From Eledone cirrhosa (Eukaryota), in contig OZ024743.1 of assembly GCA_964016885.1 (NCBI GenBank), positions 263,066,001 to 263,130,000 on the forward strand: a DNA stretch of 64,000 bases, read 5' to 3'. Shown in pieces: positions 12,137-27,085 of the stretch. How positions within the stretch are numbered: the stretch's first letter is position 1; every line of letters starts with the position of its first letter. The translations under genes and the position numbers were made by a program. The notes beneath the pieces were generated by a model. The model did not search any database. It saw nothing but the letters and a program-made list of their open reading frames with translations, and was not told the origin of the DNA.

Positions 12137-12442
12137 TCATCATTTTACGTCCGCTTTTCCCTGCTTGCAAGGGTGGGACAGGAACTGATTCTGGCTTGAT
12201 TTCTACAGCTGGATGCCCTTCCTAACACCAACCTCATTTACAGTGAGTGCTGGGTGCTTTTTTGTCGTGGCACCTCCACGTCCACTTTGCAGTGGAATGA
12301 TAGGGACCCCAGTCCCTATCATCTCATTTCTACAGCTGAGTAAACTGGAGCAATGTGAAATAAAGTGTCTTGCTCAAGGAAAGAACACATCACCCTGTCT
12401 GAGAACCGGCTGATGTGTTGTTTCCTTGAGCAAGACACTTTA

Positions 12443-12447
<5 letters not shown>
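12134..12447 (-). mobile_element. Fragments of other SINE families
   Basis: ggatgcccttcctaacaccaacc and ccttgagcaagacactttatttcac motifs; related piece at 10420-10510. Confidence 0.55.
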
Positions 12448-12539
<92 letters not shown>

Positions 12540-12541
12540 AG

Positions 12542-12584
<43 letters not shown>

Positions 12585-12722
12585 AAAGAGTTAAACAAGA
12601 TTCAATGAGTATGTCAAAGAATGAGTTTTACAGTAGATTGGAAGCATTCCATGGAAATAATTTTCCAGAGATAATATTAAAATACAAATATTAATAAAAT
12701 AGATGTTCTTTTGATCAATTAC

Positions 12723-12775
12723 ATTTTATTATATATATTTCGGATGTACAAAAGTACGTCCTCATCAGACAAAAT
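12723..12775 (-). ncRNA. Type-I hammerhead ribozyme
   Basis: Minus strand: auuuugu-CUGAUGA-GGAcGUAC-uuuu-GUACaUCC-GAAA-uauaua-UA-auaaaau. Confidence 0.82.
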
Positions 12776-12935
12776 ATAATGATACATGACATACCCTGAG
12801 ATGTTAAATGATTAAGAGTAGTTAAGGTAGTTTCTATTTTCCGGGTGTGTATATATACCCATCCGTGCGTGGGACTGTACTACCTTGATTACATCTTAAC
12901 CATTTAACATCTCAGGGTATGTCATGTATCATTAT

Positions 12936-12988
12936 ATTTTGTCTGATGAGGACGCACTGTTGTACATCCGAAATATGTATAATAAAAT
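12936..12988 (+). ncRNA. Type-I hammerhead ribozyme
   Basis: auuuugu-CUGAUGA-ggacgcacuguuguacaucc-GAAA-uaugua-UA-auaaaau. Confidence 0.78.
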
Positions 12989-13028
12989 GAAATTGATCAA
13001 AAGAACATCTATTTTATTAATATTTGTA

Positions 13029-13059
<31 letters not shown>

Positions 13060-13132
13060 TTGATTAATATATATATATATATTTTTTTATATATATATAT
13101 GTACATATATATATATATGTACATATATATAT

Positions 13133-13164
<32 letters not shown>

Positions 13165-13572
13165 ATGAATAAAATTAGTCCTTCATCAGTGATCTTCCAG
13201 CCTTCATTGGTATTTCATCGCTTTAAAGCCCAAATACCTCTGGTTGGTGCGAGCAACGGCTAGAGAAAGTCGTTGGGACACGTAAATAGGGGGAACGAGC
13301 GAGACAGTAAACAAACGAAGATGGTAATGCAACGAAAAGTGAGGAAGAAGGAGTCAAGTCCCTGAAATCAATGAACATAAGTTCTGTGAAACCGTAGACG
13401 AGAGAATAAAGACCATCCAACCTGGTCGAAATGTGAGCGAGGAACGACTTTCGCACAGGACAAACGGGAGGAAGTGATAGAGAGGGAGTAGCAGAGAGTG
13501 AGTGAGTGAAAGTGTGAGGAAGAGGCTAATAGAGAGAGTGACTGGCAGAGGGGGTAAATATACACATGTATT

Positions 13573-13657
<85 letters not shown>

Positions 13658-13830
13658 GAGGGGGAGAGAGAGGGAGAGAGAGAGAGAGAGAGATGAATGA
13701 TTTCAGTATTAAAATTATCAGCTGCAGCTTCGTGTCGGCATCATTCTTATTGAACACATACACACTCACAAATCCACTTGTATGAATACACACAAACACA
13801 CACACACATACACACAAACACACACATACA

Positions 13831-13904
<74 letters not shown>

Positions 13905-14021
13905 GTCATAACAATGAAAACAACAAGACGAGCTTCAGTGCTTAATTAATCCACACTACATTGAGTTCTAACAGTATTTTAAGTCCTACCTTAATTAGGT
14001 AGAATATTAGTATATATATAT

Positions 14022-14062
<41 letters not shown>

Positions 14063-14134
14063 GATACATATACATACACACACACACACACACACATCAG
14101 CCCGTCCTTTCAATCTTTCTAATTTCTCATTCTT

Positions 14135-14170
14135 TCTTCTGATGAAGGACTAGCGTCCGAAACGTTAAAA
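14135..14170 (+). ncRNA. Minimal hammerhead-like motif (decayed relatives at about 42494+, 58445- and 13180-)
   Basis: CUGAUGA-a-GGAC-uagc-GUCC-GAAA-cg-UU; palindromic AACGUU; weak stem I. Confidence 0.6.
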
Positions 14171-14225
14171 CCCTCTTCCTGCTATTTCAAGCTTTAACCG
14201 ATTGTCTTATTATTTCTGTTTACCG

Positions 14226-14286
<61 letters not shown>

Positions 14287-14400
14287 ACACACACACATAC
14301 ACACATACACACATACACACACGCGCATATATATATATGTATATAAACGCACACAGCAACGATACATGCTTTTGTTTACACTAAAGTAATACACGTTTCA

Positions 14401-14461
<61 letters not shown>

Positions 14462-14653
14462 TAGTGAGAGAGAGAGAGAGAGAGAAATGGGAGAGAGAGA
14501 GAGAGAGAGAGAGAGAAAGGGAGAAATGGAGAGAGAGAGAGAGAGAAAGGAATTGAGATACATATACAGTCCCACGCACGGACGGGTATATATACACACC
14601 CGGAAAACAGAAAATAGTGGCTAACATTAAAATCTCTCACACAGAGATACAGT

Positions 14654-14688
<35 letters not shown>

Positions 14689-14689
14689 G

Positions 14690-14762
<73 letters not shown>

Positions 14763-14851
14763 ACACACACAAGGATTTTCGCAGCCTGATGGATTGTCTT
14801 TAAATATGCTTTGCACATTTTGACTGTCACTGCTGCGCCACCCCCCACCAT

Positions 14852-14903
<52 letters not shown>

Positions 14904-15017
14904 GCTCTCGTATGCTTTCCTTTCCTCCGGTACGAGATCACCAAACTCCACAAATACTGCAGCAACAACTGCTACTGTCGTAATTGGTGACAGTGGAACT
15001 ATTTGGTGTCCTGCCAC

Positions 15018-15630
15018 AACACACCACCACCACCACCACCATCACCACCACCACCACCACCAATAACAACAACATATAGTGCCACCACCATCATCAACAA
15101 CAGTACACACAGTAACACCATCACCACCACCACCACCACCACCACCACCAATAACAACAACATATAGTGCCACCACCATCATCAACAACAGTACACGCAG
15201 TAACACCACCACCACCATCACCACCACCACCACCAATAACAACAACATATAGTGCCACCACAGCCGCTTGCGTCACCACCATCATCAACAACAGTACACG
15301 CAGTAACACCACCATCACCAATAACAACATATAGTACACACAGTACCACCACCCCATCCCCACAACCAATAACAACAACAACAACAACAACATACAATGC
15401 CACCACCATCATCAACAACAGTACACACAGGACACACAGTACCACCACCACCACCACCACTACCAATAACAACATACAGTGCCGCCACCACCACCATCAT
15501 CAACAACAGTACACACAGTACCCCCCACCCCACCAATAACAACAACAACATTCAGTGCCACCACACCCGCCTGTGTCACCGCCACCATCATCAACAATAG
15601 TACACACAGTAACACCGCCACCACCATTGG
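15018..15630. repeat. ACC/AAC-rich minisatellite (imperfect units of about 70-90 bp)
   Basis: Recurring accaccatcatcaacaacagtacac..ag. Confidence 0.85.
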
Positions 15631-15716
15631 TATAATAATAATTATTATTATTTTCATTTGTTATTGGTGGTAAAAAATGAAAATAACTTTCTTTTTGGTT
15701 CTTTTTAAGTGATCTA

Positions 15717-15772
<56 letters not shown>

Positions 15773-16002
15773 ACTGTTATATCATAAATTCAATACAATA
15801 TATTATAAACACTCTCTCCACTCCCTCTGTCGCTTTCTCTCTTAGCCCCCTCTTTCTCTCTCTCCTCTGTTTCACTCTCTGTACACACACACACAAGCGA
15901 TATTTTTTATACGTATATACGTACACATAGATGCATACATAATGATATAAATATATATAGTATACTCTCACAATAAACTCTTTCTTGTTCTCTGTGTCTT
16001 TA

Positions 16003-16072
<70 letters not shown>

Positions 16073-16301
16073 CCCAATCTGCCTGTCTATCTATCTGCCT
16101 CTCTAGCTATCCAGTAATGGAAATGTCTGTATGTTTGCGTTTATATTAATACACATTTCTCTCTATTTGTGAATACCTACGTATATGACATTTTAACGAG
16201 TATAATACGTTCTACTATATACGATACATATGGTGAGACCGATAGAAACAGACAGCTTGACCGAGAGTTAGAGATGGAGATTTAGATCGACATCGCTAGC
16301 T

Positions 16302-16352
<51 letters not shown>

Positions 16353-16515
16353 CACACACACACACAACCATACATACGTACATACATACATACCTACATA
16401 TACAAATATATAACGGCACACATATGTAGACTTAGATATACATATATATAAATATACAGATACATAAAAACTTACACATCCACATCCACACACACACACA
16501 CACACATATATAGAT

Positions 16516-16633
<118 letters not shown>

Positions 16634-17298
16634 ATACAGATGTATGTCGGATTCAAAATGCAGTTTTATACGGCATATATACGTAAAAAATATATTCACG
16701 GAAGCCCTACCACGGAGGCAGGATGATAAACGACCAATTTTCGAAGACCCAATGGTAAGTTCATAAACAAAACAAAAATTTTCCCAATCTTTTGGCATTC
16801 TGTATGTTTGTTTGTTTCTGTTTATAAATGTTCAATTTTGAAACATTTCTTGAGAGGTTGTACGAGAGACAGAAGATGGTTCTGTTGTTGGTGTTATGAC
16901 TGGAATCTTATTACCTCATTCCACGTCCCCCTCTTTCTCTATGACACTCACCCTTCTTCTTTTTCTTTTTCATCTCCTTCTCCCCATCCTCCCACTCCTT
17001 CGCTTGCTCTCTTTCTTTCTGTTCTTTTCTTTTTCGTCTTCCCAGACTGGGTGAGATAAACGTAATATTAAGATGGGTAAGCTCTGTGCGGTTTATGTTC
17101 AGTGACGTTTCCTGTCGTATGTATGTATGTATGTATGTATGTATGTATGTATGTATGTATTGAAAAGTATTTTCCGACCACGTATGTTGAAAACTGCAAA
17201 TTCAATCAATCAATCAATATATATATATATATATACACACACAGACACATAGGCATATATATATATATACCTGTGTGTGTGCGTGTGCATTATGTATG

Positions 17299-17350
<52 letters not shown>

Positions 17351-17927
17351 ATACACACGTACACACACATAGGTATATATATATATATGCCTATGTGTGT
17401 GTGTGTATAGTGGGGTCAATGAATAAATATGATGGTCAAGAAGTTCGCTACACAGTCATATTGTCACAAGTTTGCGTGACATCTCGAACATGCGGCGTTA
17501 CCTTAACTTCAGGTCGATCCAAACCTTGTGAGAGAAACCGGGTTGACATATATAAATATATATTGTGTCACGCTGATTCGGCTAAGGAATTACGAAAAGG
17601 GTGTCTGTGGAATACTCAACCATTAACACATTAATTCACGACCTAGACGACCAGTTGCTCGAAATGAAACTCATAACCGAAAACGATGAAGGATTCATCA
17701 TATACACATATGCATCTGCGTTTCTGATTGTCTGTGTATGTGAGCTTTAGCGTATGTGTATGAGTGTGTGTATATATCTTTGCATATATGTGTGTATGTA
17801 TGTGTGGGTGTATGTGTGTATACAACCTGTTGCATGCTCGGGTCGTTGACAACAAAACTGGCAGTGTTTATGTATGTGCGTGTGCGGATGATTATGTGTG
17901 TGTGTGCATGTATGTGTGTACGAGTGT

Positions 17928-17974
<47 letters not shown>

Positions 17975-18249
17975 CAGCCTGTTGCATGCTCATGTCGTTG
18001 GCAACAAATCTGGCAACCCCATCAAGCCTGCTTGGTGCAGTGTGTGATCTTTTGGACACACTGCCGACTGAGAAACAAAACTCTTCAAAGCGCAGAGGAA
18101 TTCATGAGAGTCAATGGCCATCCAGTAATGCGTATATATGCCAGTATATAAGTATATTTACTATTTTATGTACATATATGTGAAAGAAGGATATTCTTCT
18201 TGAAACCTGTCGTGTTTGTAATATCTGGCTATCTTGCTTGTTGTGTGCT

Positions 18250-19000
18250 GGTTGCTAGCTCAAGGCACTGAACATTTAAAGAAGGGCTCTCGCGTTTCAC
18301 AGTCAATGACGTGTACGTAGTTTATATTTGATGCTTTTACCCCCACCATCACCATACGGCACAAATCATGATACGGGGTTTTTGAAATCACAACAACCGG
18401 CAAAATTTTCATTGCAGCGAGCGTAGTATCACGTGCGACTGTGTCAATGAAATACCACCACTTCCGTAGTTTCCTTACTCAGAGGATGTAATATAAGCGG
18501 AAGCAATCCCGTTTTTTCAGTCGCCGAGGCTGCTACGTCCAATACTGAAGTTCTGATGGTGCCTGATACTTGAAGTCTTAGTCTTGCTATGTTGCGACAC
18601 GTCTTGCTCTTCATTGGGAAACACTACACCTTTAAAGGGAATGAGGAAAATCTACAACAGTTGCCGCATACAGATATGCTGCAGCCATCTCAGATATATT
18701 GGGTACTACATATTCTGGTCATTGGATCCGGTGCTCCCTATTTCTTTAAACAAACGTTTATCCCACGTTTCTCCACATGGCATCTCTTGCCGGTAATAAA
18801 TGGTTTCTTCAGAAGACTGCAAATATGAGCAAGCATTTATAACCTTTATGACGGTACTCATAATACTTTTAAGGGCCTCCGAGATTGATACGGGTAGGGG
18901 GAGTATGTTATCCTCAGACCGATGCCCAGGCCTGAGTGCTAGTACCCAACGTCCTGGTAGTGATGTTAAACCGGGTGATGGTTACGTTTTGATGATAATT
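18250..19000 (-). pseudogene. Possible heavily decayed non-LTR retrotransposon fragment
   Basis: Minus-strand peptide VSGTIRTSVLDVAASATEKTGLLPLILH resembles the post-RT ..TGAxRT..ALE..G..PL motif of I/R1/Ingi-type LINEs; extent approximate. Confidence 0.25.
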
Positions 19001-19419
19001 GTGTAGTTTTGGCATCCACTGTTAGACAGATTGGGAAAATGCTTGGAGCTACTGAATATGTGTTCTTTTATTCTTTTATAGTCTTTTACTGACTTCGATC
19101 ATGCTAGGGCGTTGACTTTAAGGAATTTAGCTGATCATATCAACTCTTGTATTTATATTATTTAAAATCTAGCTGTTGTTTTTGTTTATCTCTATTTGTC
19201 AAACCACGCCGAGACAGATCATAGTTACGGGACATAAACATTTATATTTTAGGTTCAAATCGCGTCGAGGTCAACTTTGCTTTTCATTTTTTCAAGGTCG
19301 ATAAATATAGTACCAGTACTGGGGTTGATTCTTTCTCTCTTTCTCCCCCGTGCCTCCCCCTCTCTCTAGGATTTGAAGAAGAAGAAGAAGAAGAAGAAGA
19401 AGAAATCGGTTGTGTTCAG

Positions 19420-20904
19420 AGCTGGAGAAAAGAACCGGTCAACATCATTGGCTGCCATCAAGAGCTAGGGACCTCTCACACTCGGTGGGCTGACCCTGCC
19501 TTCGGGCACCAATACTGAGTATTTCCATGTCATCGCGCATACATACATACACACATTCATACATACATACATTCATGCATACATACATACATACATACAT
19601 ATGATGGCTGCCCCCTCGTTGTCAAGTATGGCCATTGCACGATATAACATTATTAATAATTATCAATTAATGCTTTCATGCAATGCCTGTGCGTGAATAA
19701 TTTTTTAAGTGAGGAAAGAATGAGCACTGAGCCAATTCCACTCTCTGAGCGACAGTAGCTATAACCCGAAAAGAAGAAAAGATCAACATCATCGGTAACT
19801 ACTGAGCCGCAGGTTTTATGTCGGATTTGCCTTCTCCTAGAAGAATGCCCTGACACATAGTGCTGGGCCCTTGGTACCATGTGACGACAAGTGCAGAGAG
19901 ATCTCCAGATATAAAGTAATGCCTGTGCCGTGAAGCTTTTATAGTGAGCAAAGGCACTGCACAAAGCCAGTCCCACTCTCTTAGCAAGATGATATTTACC
20001 AAAAAGAAGAACAAGTCAACATCATTGGATACCATCAGAGTTGCAGGTGTTATATCAGAGTTTTCCTTCTCCTAGAATTCTGCCTTGACAAAGGCTAAGG
20101 GGTCATCTCTCTCGGTGATTTTGGATGGCCATTGACTCTTAAGAGCTCCTTTGCCCTTTGACAGGTTTTGTTTTTAGTCCTGCAGGATGTCCAAAGTCAC
20201 CCTCCTCACCAAGAAACCTTGGTGGGGTTGCCAGTTTAGTCGCCAACGACCCGACCATGAGACAGGTTGTACTGGGATACATGTTACCAGTAGCACCAAC
20301 TGGTGACCTGACACATACATACATACATACATACATACATACATACATACATACATACATACATACATACATAATGATGGCTGCCTCGTCGTTATCGAGT
20401 ATGGCCATTGCACGATATACCATTATTAATAATTATTAATTAATTCTATCGTGCAATGCCTGTGCGTGAAGATATTTTTTAAAGTGAGGAAAGACTGTGC
20501 ACTGAGCCAATCCAACTCTCTGCGCGACAGTAGCTATAACCCGAAAAGAAGAAAAGATCAATATCATCGGTAACTACTGAGCCGCAGGTTTTATATCGGA
20601 GTTATCCCAGTTTCCTGAGTTGCCTTCTAGAAGAATGCCCTGGCAAAGGCTAGGGGTCCTTCACTCTCAGTGGTTTAACCGCGCGGTACATGTGTATATA
20701 CATATTTACACACTTTTGGATGGCCGTTGACTCGTATGAGTTCTTCCGCCTTTTGTCAGGCTTTTCTTTTGTCCTGCAGGGTGTCCAAAATCACCCTCCT
20801 CACCAAGTCAACTTGGTGGGGTTGCCGGTTTAGTCGCCGACGACCCGACCATGAGACAGGTTGTACTGGGTTACATGTTACCAGTAGCACTCGAGAGCGA
20901 CCTG

Positions 20905-20949
<45 letters not shown>

Positions 20950-20985
20950 GAGACTATTTTGAGTTTCTAACTCAATACATGCTTT

Positions 20986-21082
<97 letters not shown>

Positions 21083-21975
21083 CATACACACATATATATA
21101 CATATATATACATACACACAAACACATACAAATACACACACATACAATATACACACATACACACACACACACACATAACATATATATATATATATATATA
21201 CAAACACACATACACACACATACATATATATATAAGTTTATCTCGGGTTCAATCGGTATGTATATATATATGCATGAATATGCATACGCATGTACATATA
21301 TGCGTATGCATATATGTACATATATGTACATATATGCGTACGCATATATGTACATGCGTATGCGCGTGTATATGTATATACATACATATACACATACATA
21401 TACACACGCATACACACACGCATACAAATATACATACACACACACATGCATACACACACACACATATGCACACATTCACACACAAACCACCCACACACAT
21501 GTGTGTGTATATATATACATGGTGGCTGCCAACTCGTTTTCGAGTACGGCCACTACTTTATATCCATGTAGGAGAACCCCTACCAATGCGCTGAACGAGT
21601 GTGACTTTTTAGTTCAGCCAGCGACTTGAAAACTCTGGTACAAACACTACACTTGTGACAATTATTGACACACAGTGCTGGGCCCATGGTACCATATGAC
21701 GACAAGTGTAGAGAGATCTCCAGATATAAAGCAATGCCTGTGCCGTGAAGCTTTTATAGTGAGCAAAGGCACTGCACAAAGCCAGTCCCTCTCTCTTAAC
21801 CAAGATGATATTTACCAAAAAGAAGAACAAGTCAACATCATTGGATACCATCAGGGTTGCAGGTGTTATATCAGAGTTTTCCTTCTCCTAGAATTCTGCC
21901 TTGACAAAGGCTAAGGGGTCATCTCTCCCGGTGATGTTGGATGGCCATTGACTCTTAAGAGCCCCTTTGCCTTTT
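19420..21975 (-). mobile_element. Cluster of non-autonomous RTE-5'UTR-like repeats with internal diverged subunits and (ATGT)n tails
   Basis: Repeated blocks at 19.6-20.3, 20.37-20.9 and 21.67-21.97 kb; ctaggagaaggaaaactctga motif; plus-strand relative at 17975-18128. Confidence 0.6.
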
Positions 21976-22052
21976 GATATATATACATACATACATACAT
22001 ACACACACACATACATACACACATACATACATGCATAAATGCATACATATAT

Positions 22053-22241
22053 CTGACCTGGCAACTCTCCACGTCCGGCGAGGAGATTTCCCACCCACTA
22101 TGGGGTGGCTGAGAGATGTCTTCTCTTGTGAAAATGGGTATAGCTTTCATTATGTAAAATTTCCCCATTTTGCCCCAATTCTTCCCGTTTTGGGACACTT
22201 TTTTTCACGGTACTCCCCGTTTTTAGAGGTTGGCAGGTCTG
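22053..22241. mobile_element. MITE (second copy at 38839-39032)
   Basis: Imperfect TIRs c(a/t)gacctg..aa / ttggca(g/a)gtctg; shared core gagagatgtcttctcttgtgaaaat. Confidence 0.7.
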
Positions 22242-22250
22242 ATATATGTA

Positions 22251-22333
<83 letters not shown>

Positions 22334-22340
22334 GCGCACA

Positions 22341-22379
<39 letters not shown>

Positions 22380-22807
22380 AATCTATGACAAAGAGTATGG
22401 TCTTCTGGTCTCTTCCCATCACTTGAGGATAATCCAACCGGTTCCAGAACTGAGGGGATATTCACTCGAGCCAGGGCCCTTGATAGCCGTTTTTGTTTTT
22501 GCTCTCCGACTTTTTTCTTTTTTCTTTCTCTTTTATGCGTTTATATTTGTGTTTATCAGCGACATTATATCTGCAATGTTCTTCTGAACGAATTGCGAGC
22601 ATTTTAGTAGCTAAATGGTTAAAACGAAAAATGGTTAATTTAGTAGCTAAATGGTTAAAACGAAAAATCTAAACTGTTACTGATACTTTTATTTATCTAC
22701 CCACTCCAGAAGAATGACAGAAGATGGAATAAAAAGAAATCTCCGGCTCGATTTGAATTAAGGGGAGATAACTAAACATGACTTTATCGAATTAACTTTC
22801 TATTTTG

Positions 22808-23135
22808 TGGCCCTTTATGGTCTGAGTTCAAATCCCGCCGAGGTTAACTTTGCCTTTCATCCTTACGGGGTCGATAAAATAAAGTACCAGTAATACATTG
22901 GAATAATTGCTGGCCTTGTGCCAAAAGTAGAAAGAATTATTATCTGGGGATTGGCAGTATTGATAGAAGGGCGAACACCATGCTTTGCAGCATAGAGTTA
23001 CACCCCTTTATAGTCTGAGTTCAAATCCCACCGTGGTTCACTTTTCCTTTCATCCTTACGGGGTCGATAAAATAAAGAACCAGTAATGTACTAGTATAAT
23101 TGCTGGCCTTGTGCCAAAAGTAGAAACAATTATTA
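22808..23135 (+). mobile_element. Two tandem Meta-domain SINEs
   Basis: B box, Meta-like core and gccttgtgccaaaagtagaaa tail twice. Confidence 0.85.
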
Positions 23136-23338
23136 TCTGACTTTCTTCCCCATCAACCAAATGTTTTCAACACGTGTTGTTTCTTCTGTTTTTTTCGTAT
23201 TCATTCACTCACTATCGAATCAATGACGCTATGTTTGTTTGATTCAGTGATTGATCTTTTGTATTTCAAAACTATTTACATTTGTGTCTGTATGTGCATC
23301 TATGATTGTAATTATCGGTCTTGGTGAGTGTAAGATAC

Positions 23339-23408
<70 letters not shown>

Positions 23409-23753
23409 CTCTCTTTCTCACCCCCTCTCTCTCTCTCTGGCACACACACACGTAAATAGAATGTGGTCTTTTCATATTTGATTTACGAGCATGTTGTGGG
23501 TATCTTTTTGTTGAGTTTTCTATTCATATACAGGGGCGGTGGAAGCATTTCTGAATTGGGGGTGCCAAATTTGGTGAATTTAGTTATAGTGATTAGTTTA
23601 GCTCTTTGCATTCTAAAATGGCAAGAAAACTTCGATGTGCGATAAATTGTAGCGATATCCAAATAGATGTGTTTTGGTAGATTGGGGAGAAAATATAATT
23701 ACTGGTGGTGGAGTGAGGTGGCCACTATATCTATATATATATATATGTATATC

Positions 23754-23792
<39 letters not shown>

Positions 23793-23891
23793 AAATAAAT
23801 AATGCTCTGTAACCTTTCCTAACCTAAGGGGTTGATATATCGTGCTTTTTGGTAATAAACTCGCATTGTACCCAATCTATTCATCTCATAT

Positions 23892-23936
<45 letters not shown>

Positions 23937-24004
23937 ATTGATTTATTATGCCTATTGGTGAGCTGTGGTACTCTAAAGTTTCACGTGCACACTCATAGGA
24001 TCAC

Positions 24005-24060
24005 GAGTCATGTCTGATGATCCTGTAATTACTCAGGTGAAACTCCAGAGTAACAAGCTC
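24005..24060 (+). ncRNA. Type-I hammerhead ribozyme
   Basis: ugu-CUGAUGA-u-CCUG-uaauuacu-CAGG-u-GAAA-CUC-ca-GAG-UA-aca; decayed inverted 3' half at 23941-24003. Confidence 0.78.
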
Positions 24061-24494
24061 ATCACTTAGCTATAATAAATAATTATTGAAACTCTACTTC
24101 GATATTGAGTTTTCATTCTTACGTTCGTCAATAATTCACGTACTCTCCGGTCTAATTATTTTACTTTACATTAAAAAAACATTATATACGGCAAAAAAGA
24201 ACATTACAAAATATCCCATATTTACGAACGTAAACTATACAATTACCGGTTTCCCAAGCGCCTCTCGCTATTATTTAGGACCCTCCCTATGTCTAGTACA
24301 CGGCATTATCCCATTATCCTTTCTCTATATCTATAACCACTAAATTCTCCCCCTCTTTATATCTAACATACCATCTCTACCACACTCTTTTCATAACACC
24401 CACTCAACTACCCCAAGTATCGAGTACTCTGGTTGGGTTATGGTCCACCTGGTATTTTACCACACCTTATCTGATATATGTGTGTGTATGTGTG

Positions 24495-24570
<76 letters not shown>

Positions 24571-24615
24571 AAAAACGGGGAAGTTTCGTTTACATATGAA
24601 AAATATTTATTGCGC

Positions 24616-24916
<301 letters not shown>

Positions 24917-24926
24917 ATATATATAT

Positions 24927-25008
<82 letters not shown>

Positions 25009-25152
25009 GTATATATATATATATATATATATATACAGTATATATGTGTGTGTGTGTGTGTGTGTAAACGTGTAATATTCACGGTTGTGAGAAGGAGCAC
25101 TCTAGATCGAAGTAGAGTTTAAGTATTCATTTATTATGGTTAAGTGGTGAAC

Positions 25153-25201
25153 CTTGTTACTCTGGAGTTTCACCTGTGCACTCGCAGGATTATCAGACAA
25201 G
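25153..25201 (-). ncRNA. Hammerhead of the 24005 family with a G8A core change (probably inactive)
   Basis: Minus strand: cuugu-CUGAUAA-u-CCUG..CAGG-u-GAAA-cuccagag-UA-acaag. Confidence 0.65.
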
Positions 25202-25949
25202 ACTATAATATACATATATATACGTTACTTTACTATATATATACGTTACTTTTTTAATCTTTATATAATAGTGCATTTACAAAACAACAACATATATGTC
25301 ACAGCTGATTGAAACTAATCTTTAGCCCGGTTTAACGGTTAGCCCGGTTTAACGTTTGTAAACAAACACGACAGTGTACGGGAATTTACGAGGAAACGCA
25401 TTCACAGCCCAGATTTAGGTAGAAAGTCGGAGAAAAGAAAGTAGGGGCACTGTAAAACAGAGTTATCTCCTCTTCGTTGATAGATTCAATGGGTGTATGC
25501 TGTATGTTCATTCAGAAAGTGTTATCGGCTCTCTATGCGAGCGACTGCATATATAATTTTATATTATGTATGAGTGTTTCTTTGTGGATGTTGTTCTACC
25601 TAAGTAGGGGTCTGTTTTAAGGCCTTTTTCTTATTTAATGGATGAACATGCGCGTATATCTGTTCTTGTATAATCTCGCACAGACATATGTACACGTCGA
25701 CATATATAAACATAAATACAGACATTCACACATATATACGCATCTACACACACATACAGATTTACGCGCATACACAGATGCGCGTAAATACACACACACA
25801 CACACATACACACGCATAGACAAACACACATACACGTATACGAGCGAAGCACATAAACAGACACACATGTAAACAAAGCGGTTGATTTAAGAAGTCTTTC
25901 GAAAATTTGTAATTTTATAATGTAGTCGTCCCAATGCAAATAACTATAG

Positions 25950-26130
25950 TAATAATTGTTTCTACTTTTGGCACAAGGCCAGCCATTTTCTCAGTGCATT
26001 AACGACCCCGTAAGGATGAAAGGCAAAGTTAACCTCGGCGGGATTTGAACTCAAACAGTAAAGGGCCGTAACTCTATGCTGCAAAGCATCGCGTCCGACA
26101 CTCTACCGATTCTGCCGATCCACCGCCCTT
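25950..26130 (-). mobile_element. Meta-domain SINE
   Basis: Same family as 1750-1934. Confidence 0.85.
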
Positions 26131-26565
26131 ATTATAGTAAATATAATAGTCGATTACTATAAACAACAGATGATAATATGGGAGTAAATTAACCCTGAAA
26201 ACGGAAAAAAAGTGGACAAAGGCGCCTACGAGGAACCGAACTCTATTTCCGTCTGATGCTTGGCGAGGGCATTAACAGCTATGTTCAAGAGACGCTGGCC
26301 GCTAATCATGTCTTTCTAGAAGATTTTATGTCTGTAGCTATGAACAAAACACTTGACAAAATACCAAAAATTTGTATTTTTTAATGTGTTCATCCCAACG
26401 TAAATGAATATAGTAATACTAGGTGATCGGTGTATATAATAGTTTAGAATGTCGACGGAAAAAAAATTAGGCAGAGGTTCCTGCGAGGAATCGAACCCCG
26501 CATCACAGGAGTATTTTACCGGACTTTCGCAATTATTGTTTATAGTGATCAACTATTATTATAAT

Positions 26566-26770
26566 GGTAGAAGGGTGTTGGATTGGCAGTATCAGCATAG
26601 TTACGGCCCTTTATGATCCGAGTTCAAATCCCGCCGAGGTCAACTTTGCCTTACATCCTTACGGAGTCGATAAAACAAAGTACCAGTCACGCACTGGGGT
26701 CGATTTAATCGACTTTCCCCTTTCCCCAAAATTACTGGCCTTGTGCCTATATAATAAAACCATTATTATA
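26566..26770 (+). mobile_element. Meta-domain SINE (alternative tail subfamily)
   Basis: B box, Meta-like core, cactggggtcgatttaatcgac tail. Confidence 0.85.
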
Positions 26771-26812
26771 ATGGTAATTTGCGTTGGGACGCACACGTTT
26801 CAGAATTGCATG

Positions 26813-26880
<68 letters not shown>

Positions 26881-27032
26881 GATAATAATATTATACAGAA
26901 ACTAACATGACAGCTGCAGCTTAGTAACGTCCGTCTTCCATATACCAGTGGTATGTGCGTGTCTGTGGTCGGTTAACAGATTAGGGCAATCGAGGGTCTT
27001 GTATGCACACACACATGTACCACACACATGTA

Positions 27033-27085
<53 letters not shown>

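Larger units (their letters stand above)
12674..13037. repeat. Inverted repeat (arms about 155 bp), each arm carrying a hammerhead
   Basis: 12674-12830 is the reverse complement of 12879-13037 with few mismatches. Confidence 0.9.

Noticed and set aside
20200-20320. HDV-like ribozyme at the RTE-like 5' end
   Set aside because: A P4/CUAA-like piece is present, but P1 and a proper L3 could not be assigned; kept only as a structured-RNA lead
26220-26510. tRNA genes
   Set aside because: Only degenerate B-box-like heads on the minus strand with no cloverleaf; likely SINE remnants
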